Origin: Candidatus Eiseniibacteriota bacterium | GTDB lineage: Bacteria; Eisenbacteria; RBG-16-71-46 | NCBI GenBank assembly: GCA_963717935.1 | Contig: CAVQXP010000002.1 | Span: 32,001-96,000, forward strand | Reading direction: 5' to 3' | DNA: 64,000 bases | Part shown: one piece after another, positions 31,161-39,384 of the stretch | How positions within the stretch are numbered: the stretch's first letter is position 1 | Layout of the letters: each line of letters begins with the position of its first letter | Position numbers and translations under genes: made by a program | The notes under the pieces: model-generated | The model's database searches: none | What the model saw: only the letters and a program-made list of their open reading frames with translations | Told to the model about the DNA's origin: nothing

Positions 31161-32005
31161 TCGCCGCGCAGCGCGCCCGGGCGCGCGAGGCGCTCTGGGA
31201 ATGGACGGAGCGCCCGCTCACGCTGCGCCGCCGTGTCTACTTCGTCCCGGGCTTCACGGACGAGGACGGGCTCTCGTGCTGGGGTGAGGCCGGGAGTGGC
31301 GCGCTGTGCCTCGCGAGCCAGCTGCCCGAGGTCTGTGGCAACCCGGGCCTCGCCACCTTCGTGAGCTTCGAGGCGGACGGCGCGCCACCGCGCTACGAGG
31401 ACTTCATCCGCTTCGGCGCGCACCTGGCGCGGCTCGTGGAGCAGGACCGCGCCGCGGCCGGGTCCGCGGGCGGCGATGCGGAGGTGGACCTCGTCTGCCA
31501 CAGCATGGGCGGGCTCGATGCGCTGGCCGCCATCGCCCTGCTCGACGACTACCCCGAACTCGACGCGCCGCCGCTCCAGGGCGTGCGCAACGTCATCACC
31601 TTCGACACGCCCTTCCTCGGCTTCGCCGCGGCGGACAATCCGCTCTTCGTCAAGCTCAAGCGCATGCAGCGGCCGGACGAGCCCTGGCTGACCTCCCAGC
31701 TCCTCGCGATGGAGACCCGCTCGCTGCGCATCGCCGAGGTGGTCCAGGCGCGCGACGAGTTCCTGTCGCGGGTGCGGGCGTTCTGGCCGCGCGGGGCGGA
31801 CAACACCGGCGGGCTGATCGAGGTGCCGCACGAGAGCGCCTCGTTCGGTGAGCCGGAGGAGTTCGCCCGGGCGAACCGGGAGCGCTACCGTGGCTACCGC
31901 GCCTGGGAGGACACCAGCCATTCGGGCGCGAAGGGGCTCACCCGGGACCCCCGCGCCATCGTCGAGGCGCTGGAGATCCTGGCCGGGGACCGTCCGGGGG
32001 ACTGA
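31142..32005 (+). CDS. Alpha/beta-fold hydrolase (lipase/esterase-like)
   Basis: AGGAG RBS. YFVPGF, DLVCHSMGG nucleophile elbow, ITFDTPFLG, terminal SHS. Confidence 0.75.
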   Translation: MANLRVIAAQRARAREALWEWTERPLTLRRRVYFVPGFTDEDGLSCWGEAGSGALCLASQLPEVCGNPGLATFVSFEADGAPPRYEDFIRFGAHLARLVEQDRAAAGSAGGDAEVDLVCHSMGGLDALAAIALLDDYPELDAPPLQGVRNVITFDTPFLGFAAADNPLFVKLKRMQRPDEPWLTSQLLAMETRSLRIAEVVQARDEFLSRVRAFWPRGADNTGGLIEVPHESASFGEPEEFARANRERYRGYRAWEDTSHSGAKGLTRDPRAIVEALEILAGDRPGD

Positions 32006-32168
32006 CGCCGGGGCCCCGGACGGTGTACAGTGCCTCGCACTTCGTGCCGGCGACGGGCTCCTGGCCCGGGACCGGTCTCACACCAGCCGCTTCGCCGTGG
32101 CGTCCGCCGCACCACGCAGGCCACGCGGGGCAAGATGCGGCCCGCGCAGGGCAGGGGAGAAGGAGTCG

Positions 32169-33341
32169 ATGGAGCACCTGTTGACCGAGGAGCAGCGCGC
32201 CATCCGCGACCTGGCGCGCACGATCGCCGAGGAAAAGGTCAAGCCCGTCCGGGCGAAGTACGACGAAGAGGGCATCTTCCCCTGGGACATCGTCCGGGCG
32301 ATGGCGAAGGTGGACCTGTTCCGCGTGTTCGTGCCGACCGCCTACGATGGGCTGGTCGAGACGGGGCTGGGCATCACCAACATGTGCCTCGTCACCGAGG
32401 AGCTGTCCAAGGCCTGCGCCGGGATCGCGCTGGCCTTCGCCGGCACGGCGCTCGGCGCGTTCCCCATCCTGCTCTTCGGCTCGGAGGAGCAGAAGCAGAA
32501 GTACCTGCCCGCCATGGCGGCGGGGGAGAAGCTGGCGGCCTTCGGGCTCACCGAGGCGATGGCCGGCTCGGACGCCGGCTCGCTGCGCACCACCGCGCGG
32601 CGCGACGGTGACCACTACGTCCTCAACGGGACGAAGGTCTTCATCACCAATGGCGGCGAGGCGGACATCTACACCACGGTCGCGCTGACCCAGCCCGAGA
32701 AGGGCGCGCGCGGGGCCTCGTGCTTCGTCATCGAGAAGGGCACCCCCGGATTCTCCTTCGGCAAGAAGGAGAAGAAGATGGGCATCCGCGCCAGCGTCAC
32801 CTCGGAGCTGGTCTTCGAGAACGCCCGCGTGCCGGCCGCGAACCTGCTGGGCCGCGAGGGCCAGGGCTTCATCGTGGCGATGAAGACCTTCGACGTCTCC
32901 CGTCCGGGCGTGGCCGCGCAGGCGCTGGGCATCGCCGAGGGCGCGCTGGAGGAGACGCTCAAGTACGCGCACCAGCGGCAGCAGTTCGGCAAGAGCATCG
33001 TCTCCTTCCAGGGCGTGCAGTGGATGCTGGCCGACATGGCCATGCAGATCGAGGCCGCGCGCGGGCTCATCTACGGGCTCGCCGACCGCATCGACAAGGG
33101 CGACACCCGGGACATCGGACACCTCTCGGCGATGGCCAAGGTGTTCGCCTCGGACACGGCGATGAAGGTCACCACCGACGCCGTGCAGTTGCTGGGCGGC
33201 TACGGCTACATGACCGAATACCCGGTCGAGAAGATGATGCGCGACGCCAAGATCACGCAGATCTACGAGGGCACGAACCAGATCCAGCGCAACGTGATCG
33301 GCTCGCAGCTCGTGCGCGAGGCGGCGAAGCTGGCGCGATAG
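32169..33341 (+). CDS. Acyl-CoA dehydrogenase (short-chain/butyryl-CoA type)
   Basis: AAGGAG RBS. AFGLTE..AGSD, LNGTKVFITNG, KMGIRAS, RQQFGK, GGYGY, RDAKITQIYEGTNQIQR. Confidence 0.95.
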   Translation: MEHLLTEEQRAIRDLARTIAEEKVKPVRAKYDEEGIFPWDIVRAMAKVDLFRVFVPTAYDGLVETGLGITNMCLVTEELSKACAGIALAFAGTALGAFPILLFGSEEQKQKYLPAMAAGEKLAAFGLTEAMAGSDAGSLRTTARRDGDHYVLNGTKVFITNGGEADIYTTVALTQPEKGARGASCFVIEKGTPGFSFGKKEKKMGIRASVTSELVFENARVPAANLLGREGQGFIVAMKTFDVSRPGVAAQALGIAEGALEETLKYAHQRQQFGKSIVSFQGVQWMLADMAMQIEAARGLIYGLADRIDKGDTRDIGHLSAMAKVFASDTAMKVTTDAVQLLGGYGYMTEYPVEKMMRDAKITQIYEGTNQIQRNVIGSQLVREAAKLAR

Positions 33342-33355
33342 GGAAGCCCGATGAC

Positions 33356-33396
33356 CGGCGAGGCGGAGTGGCGTGTGCCGCTCCGCCTCGCCGTTT
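33356..33396 (+). terminator. Intrinsic terminator after the acyl-CoA dehydrogenase
   Basis: 17-bp stem CGGCGAGGCGGAGTGGC/GCCGCTCCGCCTCGCCG, GTGT loop, then TTT. Confidence 0.6.
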
Positions 33397-33481
33397 CATG
33401 ACGGCTGCGCCGCCCGGGCTCTCGCGATGGGAGCGTCCTCGCCGCAAGGATCGGAGCCTCCGGGAAGCGCAGGGGGGTTCA

Positions 33482-34513
33482 ATGAGCGAAAGCGGAGGAA
33501 CCGTGGTTGTCGGTAGACGGCCAATTCGTCTGCTGGTCTTAGGGCTGCTGGGATGTGTGGTGGTTGCCCTTGCGCTGGAATGTCGGGATGAGCGGAAGAT
33601 CGACAGCCGTGTGCCCGGGGTGCTTATTGTCACCAGCGGGGGGTCGGATCTGTGCGTGTATCGATTTGCCGTTCGAGATGAACAGTGGATTGAGTGGTCG
33701 AAGTGGAGGAGTACTGCAGAATCCGGTCCTGGGGGACGGTTGGGGGATGAAGTGATCATTTCGGGTCAAGACTCACTGGGAGAGCGTCGTATCAGCCGCG
33801 TTGCGCTGGGTGGCCGCGTGAGGCCGATGTGGAAGGTGAGTGTCCCCATTCTTCGGACCACCGGTCATGACAGGGTCCCGGCGTGATGGGGGACTCGACT
33901 CGGGTTCCCTCGACGGCGGCTTCCGAGGTTGGCGCAGGAACTCGTGTTCTCGACCGGTGGCGGCTGCCGGCATCCGCCGGTCGGAGGTCGGCTACTGCCT
34001 CTTGTGTGCGCCGCTGCTGATAGTACCCGCATTGACACGCTTGGCGTTGTTGCGCGCGAGGGAGCGCCTGGGCAGTTCATCTGGCCGTACATCTCGGCCC
34101 CTGTGGAGATGGACGATGGGTGGGTGGCGGTAGTCGGGAGCGACCGTGCAGTGTGGAGGGTCCAGGTGTCGACGAGGCGTTGGGCCAGAATCGGGCACGT
34201 GGGCTTGCGGCCACTGCTCTGGCAGGCGCATCGTCGCATTCTGCTCTGTTGGAGACCGGAGGACCCCAACGGCTATGTAGCGTTGCATCTCGGGAATGGC
34301 ACTGAAGAGGAGTTGGCGCAACTCGACGGTGTCGAGGGTTTCGCAGCGCTTGGAGACAGCGACTCGATGCTCGTGTGTCAGCAGTATCGATATCTTTGGA
34401 GAGGGTTGAGCGAGTCGTGGGACATCCGGGTGTTCGACTGGGAGAGCAAGTCGCTGCGTGGCATAGCGGTGTCGAGGGCGCACTTCTCTGATCGTGGCAT
34501 ATGGGTGAGGTGA
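33482..34513 (+). pseudogene. Lower-GC foreign-looking gene (anchored, beta-rich protein) interrupted by one in-frame TGA at 33884-33886
   Basis: ORFs 33482-33886 and 33929-34513 are in the same frame with no other stop between them. Many T/A-ending codons, unlike the flanks; hydrophobic N-terminus. Confidence 0.5.
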
Positions 34514-34520
34514 ATCTGCT

Positions 34521-34650
34521 TGTTCAAGTCAGGCTGCTCAAGCGCGGTGACGACCCGACAACCGGCTGTTCAAGTCAGGCATTTCCCCGACACCCGGCCC
34601 TCCGCTGAACGCTAGGCTGCTGGCTCGGTAGTCTCCTCCTCGACTGACAC
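34521..34650 (-). mobile_element. Probable IS end remnant (IS481-like terminal repeat; no transposase core)
   Basis: 26-bp TGT-N20-ACA element at 34567-34592, with its first 14 bp repeated at 34521-34534. On the minus strand it follows a short tail ...VSVEEETTEPAA-stop. Confidence 0.35.
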
Positions 34651-34821
34651 CGCGTGCGCCTGCACGCGTTCATCGCCGGTGCGAGCCCGGCCGCGCCCCG
34701 GGTCCCGGGTCCGTGTCACCTTTCCTCACCGGGTCTCTTCGCCTAGACTGCTTGGCCGACTGGCGTACGGCGGTCGCCCGGGTGACCGACTCCGCCTTCC
34801 TTCGAGCTGACCAGAGGACGC

Positions 34822-36483
34822 ATGCCCCAGATCATCCAGTTGCTGGCCTCCAATCCCCTGCTGCTGCTGTTCAGCGTGATCGGCCTGGGCTACCTCGTGG
34901 GCAGCGCGCGGGTGTTCGGCTTCAGCCTGGGCGTGAGCGCGGTGCTGTTCGTGGGGCTGGCGTTCGGTGCGCTGGACCCGGCGCTGGCGCTGCCCGAATA
35001 CCTCTACGTCATCGGGCTGGTGCTGTTCGTGTACGCCGTGGGGCTGCAGTCGGGACCGGGCTTCTTCGCGTCGTTCGGCAGGCGCGGCATGAAGCTCAAC
35101 CTCGTGGCCACGGCCATCCTGCTGGCGGGCGCGGTGACCGCGGTGCTGGTCGGGCGCCTGGCGCGGCTGCCGGGGTCCGAGATCGCCGGCCTGTTCTGCG
35201 GGGCGCTCACGAACACACCGGCGCTGGCGGGGACGGTGGAGACCCTGAAGCAGCTCACCGCGGGGCAGCCGGCGTCCGAGGTCAGGGCCCTGCTGGCGCG
35301 CCCGGTCGTGGCCTACGGTCTGGCCTACCCCTTCGGCGTGCTGGGCGTCCTGCTGGCCTTCTGGGCGTTCTCGCGCCTGTTCCGCATCGATTTCGCGCGC
35401 GAGGAGGCCGAGCGGCGCAAGGCCACCGGCAAGGGCGACATCGAGTCGCGCACCTATCGCGTGACCAACCCGGGCCTGTTCGGGCTCACCGTGCAGGAGG
35501 CCATGGCGCTGCTGGTGGACCCGGGCTTCGTGCTGAGCCGCGTGCGCCAGGGTGACCGGCTGGAGGTGGCGCTGCCGGACACGCGCCTGTCCGAGGGCGA
35601 CCAGGTGGTGGCGGTGGGCAGCACGGGCTCGCTGGTGCGCGCCAGGGTGCTGTTCGGCGAGGAGTGCACCGAGCACCTGCCCGCCCCGCAGGTCGCCGGC
35701 ATCAGCTACCGCCGCATCTTCGTGTCCAGCCACGAGGTCGTGGGCCGCACCGTGGCGCAGGTCCAGCTCCAGCGGTTCCACGCCACGATCACCCGGCTGC
35801 GCCGCGGCGACGCGGACTTCGTGCCCACGCCCGACACCGTGCTGGAGCTGGGCGACCGCGTGCGCGTGGTCGCGCCCGCCGAGGACCTGGACCGCGTCTC
35901 GAAGTTCTTCGGCGACTCGATCCGCGCGCTGTCGGAGACGGACTTCCTCTCGATGTCGCTGGGGATCGTGCTGGGCGTGCTGCTGGGGATGATCCCGCTG
36001 CCGCTGCCCAACGGCATGACCTTCCACCTGGGCTTCGCCGGCGGGCCGCTCATCATGGCGCTGATCGTGGGCCGCCTGGAGCGCACCGGGCCGATCACCT
36101 GGGGCATGCCGTTCGAGGCGAACCTGGTGCTGCGCCAGCTGGGGCTGGTGTTCTTCCTGGCCGGCGTGGGCACGCGCGCGGGACAGGGGTTCGCGAGCAC
36201 CTTCGCGCAGGGCGGGGGCCTGCTGATCGCGGCCGGCGCGGTCATCACCTCGATGGTGGCGGTGGGCGGGATCCTGGCCGGCTACCGCTTCCTCAAGCTG
36301 CCCATGTCCGCGGTGATGGGCATGGTCTCCGGGATGCACACCCAGCCGGCCTGCCTGGCCTTCGCCACGCAGCACAGCGGCAACGACATGCCGAACGAGT
36401 GGTACGCGAGCGTCTACCCGGCCTCGATGATCGCCAAGATCCTGCTGGCGCAGGTGCTGGTGACGGTGCTGTTCAGGCTGTAG
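34822..36483 (+). CDS. AspT/YidE/YbjL family antiporter (aspartate:alanine exchanger-like) with two TrkA-C domains
   Basis: GVSAVLFVGL, GLVLFVYAVG, GALTNTPALA, YGLAYPFG, GGPL, G.HTQPA, YASVYP. Confidence 0.9.
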   Translation: MPQIIQLLASNPLLLLFSVIGLGYLVGSARVFGFSLGVSAVLFVGLAFGALDPALALPEYLYVIGLVLFVYAVGLQSGPGFFASFGRRGMKLNLVATAILLAGAVTAVLVGRLARLPGSEIAGLFCGALTNTPALAGTVETLKQLTAGQPASEVRALLARPVVAYGLAYPFGVLGVLLAFWAFSRLFRIDFAREEAERRKATGKGDIESRTYRVTNPGLFGLTVQEAMALLVDPGFVLSRVRQGDRLEVALPDTRLSEGDQVVAVGSTGSLVRARVLFGEECTEHLPAPQVAGISYRRIFVSSHEVVGRTVAQVQLQRFHATITRLRRGDADFVPTPDTVLELGDRVRVVAPAEDLDRVSKFFGDSIRALSETDFLSMSLGIVLGVLLGMIPLPLPNGMTFHLGFAGGPLIMALIVGRLERTGPITWGMPFEANLVLRQLGLVFFLAGVGTRAGQGFASTFAQGGGLLIAAGAVITSMVAVGGILAGYRFLKLPMSAVMGMVSGMHTQPACLAFATQHSGNDMPNEWYASVYPASMIAKILLAQVLVTVLFRL

Positions 36484-36503
36484 ACGCGGGTTCCCGCGTC
36501 CCG

Positions 36504-37280
36504 CTACAGCCCCATCACGTGGTAGCCGGCGTCCACGTAGAGGGTCTCGCCGGTGATGCCGCTCGAGAGGTCCGAGAGCAGGAAGAGCCCGGCGGTGCCG
36601 ATCTCCTCGCGCGTGATGTTGCGCCGCAGGGGGGCCCGCTCGGCGTGGTGCCGCAGCAGGCCGACGAAGCCGTGGATGCCGCGCGCGGCCAGCGTGCTCA
36701 CCGGGCCGGCCGAGATGGCGTTCACGCGGATGTCCTTCGGCCCCAGCTCCCAGGCCAGCTGGCGCACGCTCTGCTCGAGCACCGCCTTGGCGCTGCCCAT
36801 GACGTTGTAGTTGGGCACGGCGCGCTCGGCGGCGAGGTAGGAGAGCGTGACGATGCTCGCCCCGTGGCGCTCGAGCAGCGGCAGCAGGTGGTTCGTGACG
36901 TTGAGCAGCGAGTAGGCGCTGACCTCGAGCGCGAGCTGGAAGCCCTCGCGGGAGGTCGCGACGAACTTGCCCTCGAGGTCCTGCCGGCGCGCGAAGGCGA
37001 TGCCGTGGACCAGGCACTCGACCGAGCCCCATTCGCGATGCAGCCGTCGCGCGACGGCGCTGATGGTGCGGTCCTCGGTCACGTCGCAGGCGAGGGTCAG
37101 CGTGCCGGGCAGGCGCGAGGCCAGCTCCTCGACGTCGGCCCGCAGGCGCTCGCCGGCGTAGGTCAGGCACAGCGCGGCGCCCGCGTGGTGGAGTTGCCGC
37201 GCGATGGCCCACGAGAGGCTGCGGTGGTTGGCCACGCCCATGACCACGGCGTGCCTGCCGCTCAGGTCGATCGTGATCAC
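36504..37280 (-). CDS. fabI: Enoyl-ACP reductase FabI
   Basis: GTG after GGAGGA, overlapping the upstream stop. GVANHRSLSW, HGIAFA, SAYSL, PNYNVMGSAK, NAISAGP..TLA, ITGE.LYVDAG. Confidence 0.92.
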   Translation of the reverse strand: MITIDLSGRHAVVMGVANHRSLSWAIARQLHHAGAALCLTYAGERLRADVEELASRLPGTLTLACDVTEDRTISAVARRLHREWGSVECLVHGIAFARRQDLEGKFVATSREGFQLALEVSAYSLLNVTNHLLPLLERHGASIVTLSYLAAERAVPNYNVMGSAKAVLEQSVRQLAWELGPKDIRVNAISAGPVSTLAARGIHGFVGLLRHHAERAPLRRNITREEIGTAGLFLLSDLSSGITGETLYVDAGYHVMGL

Positions 37281-39295
37281 GATGTCCTCCCGGCCGGCGG
37301 GGCGTCGGTGCTCAGGCGGTCCTGGACGTGGTCCCAGACGCGGATGGGCAGGATGACGACCTGCACACCGCGGAACTGCAGCCGGCGCTGGACCGAGAAG
37401 GCGGTCTCGTGGTGGAGCGAGCGGGTGAAGAGGTTCTCCTTCTCGAACACCAGCTGGCCGGCGAACACCACGCAGCGCCGGAACTCCCGGGTGACGTCCA
37501 GGCTCATGGTCTCGAGCTCGGAGATGAGGTCGGTGCCGAGGGTGTAGCGGTACTCGGCGTACACCCCCATGCGCTGCGCCAGCGCCACGTACTTCTCGAG
37601 GTCGCCGCGCACCTTGGCCTCGAGCGCCTCGACGTCGCTCGTCCCCTTGAACTGGCCCGAGTCCACCAGCCCCACGGAGCAGAACACGAAGTTCCGGTAG
37701 TGGTTCCGGGGGAACATGCGGAGGATCGAGAGCAGGGTGTGGATGCCGAGGCCGCCATAGGACTCGACCAGCAGGATGGCGGTCGGGCCCGCGTTGGTCA
37801 GCTCCGCCGGCGCGCCGTGCTCGGCCAGGGGGACGTTGCCGAGGACCTCGTCGAGCGAGCGCTGCATCCGCTGCGTGCGATGGTAGTGGGAGTGGATCAG
37901 GAAGCTGACGACGGCGAGGGCGCCGGTCGCGAGCAGGGACAGCCACACGCCCTCCGCGAACTTCAGCAGGACGGTCAGGACGAGCATGCCGCCCGTCACC
38001 AGCGTGCCCACCGCGGCCGTGGCGAGACGCCGCCGCCAGTGGGCCTGCTCGTGGCGCGTGCGCCACCAGTGGCGCACCATGCCGGCCTGGGTGAGTGTGA
38101 ACGCGATGAAGACCGTGGTCGCGTACATGACGACCAGCGTCGAGACCGCGCCGCGCGTCTGCAGCACGAGGAGCGCCGCGGCCACGCCCATCGTCACGAC
38201 CCCGTTCTGGGTGACCAGGCGCTCGGAGAGGTGGGCCATGCGCTTGGGCACCCACTGGTCCGAGCCCATGGCGGCGAGGGTGCGCGGTCCGGCGATGAAG
38301 CCCGTCTGCGCGGCCACGAAGAGGAGGGCGCCCTCGGAGAGCAGGGTGAAGCCCGCGATCGCCGGGGAGACGTCCCAGCCACCGATCCGCCAGCTGCTCG
38401 TGAGCTGCTCCCACAGCACGGCGTTGAGAGTCCTGCCGGGGACCGGGTTCACGTTGCTCAGCATGTAGCAGAGCAGGATGCCGCCCGCCGTGAACGCCAG
38501 CGAGATCGCCATGTAGAGCATGGTGCGCTTGCCGGTCACCACGCGGGGCTCGCGCAGGATGTCGGTGCTGTTGCTCACCGCCTCGATGCCGGTGTAGGTG
38601 CCGCCGCCCAGCGAGTAGGCGCGCACGAAGATGACCAGCATCCCGACGAGACCCAGTTCGGAGATGCCGCCGTGGGTGTCCGCCACGGCCTTGGCCACGA
38701 GCGGACCGAGGTCCCTGCCGTGCGAGAAGATGCCGTAGCCGATGAGGGCGAGGTGGCTGGCCATGAAGGCGAGGAAGATGGGGACCAGCACCGCGATGGA
38801 CTCGCGCACCCCGCGGATGTTGAGCGCGGTGAGGCCCGCGATGATGATGACCGCCGCCGGCAGCCGATAGTCGTGCCAGCCCCCGGGCAGGAACGAGAAG
38901 ATGGCGGCGCAGCCCGAAGCCACCGAGATCGAGATGGTCAGGACGTAGTCCACGACCAGCGCGCACCCGGCGATCACGCCGGGCGCCGGGCCCAGCAGCT
39001 TCGTCGCGACCAGGTAGCCCCCCCCGCCGGTCGGGAACATCTCGACGATCTGGCTGTACGAGCTGGCGATGATGAACACCGTGGCTATGGTCGCGATGAC
39101 CAGGTACAGGGCCAGTTCCCGGTGGGCGCCCAGCTGCAGGTAGGCTTCTTCGGGCCCGTACGCGGAGGAGGACAGGCCGTCCGAGCCCAGCCCGACCCAG
39201 GCGAAGAAGGCGATCAGGCTGAGGTTCTGGAAGATGCGTGGGTCGAGCAGGTTCTTGGGGCCGCCGAGCAGCTGACCCCACAATCGGGCGAGCAC
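37277..39295 (-). CDS. APC-superfamily transporter, KimA-like (paralog 1)
   Basis: GSDGLSSSAYGPEE, GGGGY, DYVLTISIS, TGIEAVSN; C-terminal cytoplasmic domain ending LHHETAF..QRRL...ILP. Confidence 0.85.
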   Translation of the reverse strand: MLARLWGQLLGGPKNLLDPRIFQNLSLIAFFAWVGLGSDGLSSSAYGPEEAYLQLGAHRELALYLVIATIATVFIIASSYSQIVEMFPTGGGGYLVATKLLGPAPGVIAGCALVVDYVLTISISVASGCAAIFSFLPGGWHDYRLPAAVIIIAGLTALNIRGVRESIAVLVPIFLAFMASHLALIGYGIFSHGRDLGPLVAKAVADTHGGISELGLVGMLVIFVRAYSLGGGTYTGIEAVSNSTDILREPRVVTGKRTMLYMAISLAFTAGGILLCYMLSNVNPVPGRTLNAVLWEQLTSSWRIGGWDVSPAIAGFTLLSEGALLFVAAQTGFIAGPRTLAAMGSDQWVPKRMAHLSERLVTQNGVVTMGVAAALLVLQTRGAVSTLVVMYATTVFIAFTLTQAGMVRHWWRTRHEQAHWRRRLATAAVGTLVTGGMLVLTVLLKFAEGVWLSLLATGALAVVSFLIHSHYHRTQRMQRSLDEVLGNVPLAEHGAPAELTNAGPTAILLVESYGGLGIHTLLSILRMFPRNHYRNFVFCSVGLVDSGQFKGTSDVEALEAKVRGDLEKYVALAQRMGVYAEYRYTLGTDLISELETMSLDVTREFRRCVVFAGQLVFEKENLFTRSLHHETAFSVQRRLQFRGVQVVILPIRVWDHVQDRLSTDAPPAGRTS

Positions 39296-39301
39296 GGCGG
39301 G

Positions 39302-39330
39302 ACCATAGGAACTCGCGGGCCTCGAATCAA
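39302..39330 (-). promoter_or_regulatory. Sigma70-type promoter, probably leaderless
   Basis: TTGATT-17 nt-TATGGT-CCCGCC-GTG. The hexamers are identical upstream of the paralog while the spacer differs. Confidence 0.7.
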
Positions 39331-39384
39331 GCGCCGTCTACGCGGGCCGGCCGGCCGCCGGCCGCGGCGCGCCCCCGGGCGTTC

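Noticed and set aside
36504..39281. Apparent 925-aa protein ending in FabI
   Set aside because: The upstream part is an alternative frame of the APC transporter gene. FabI has its own RBS and GTG at 37280.
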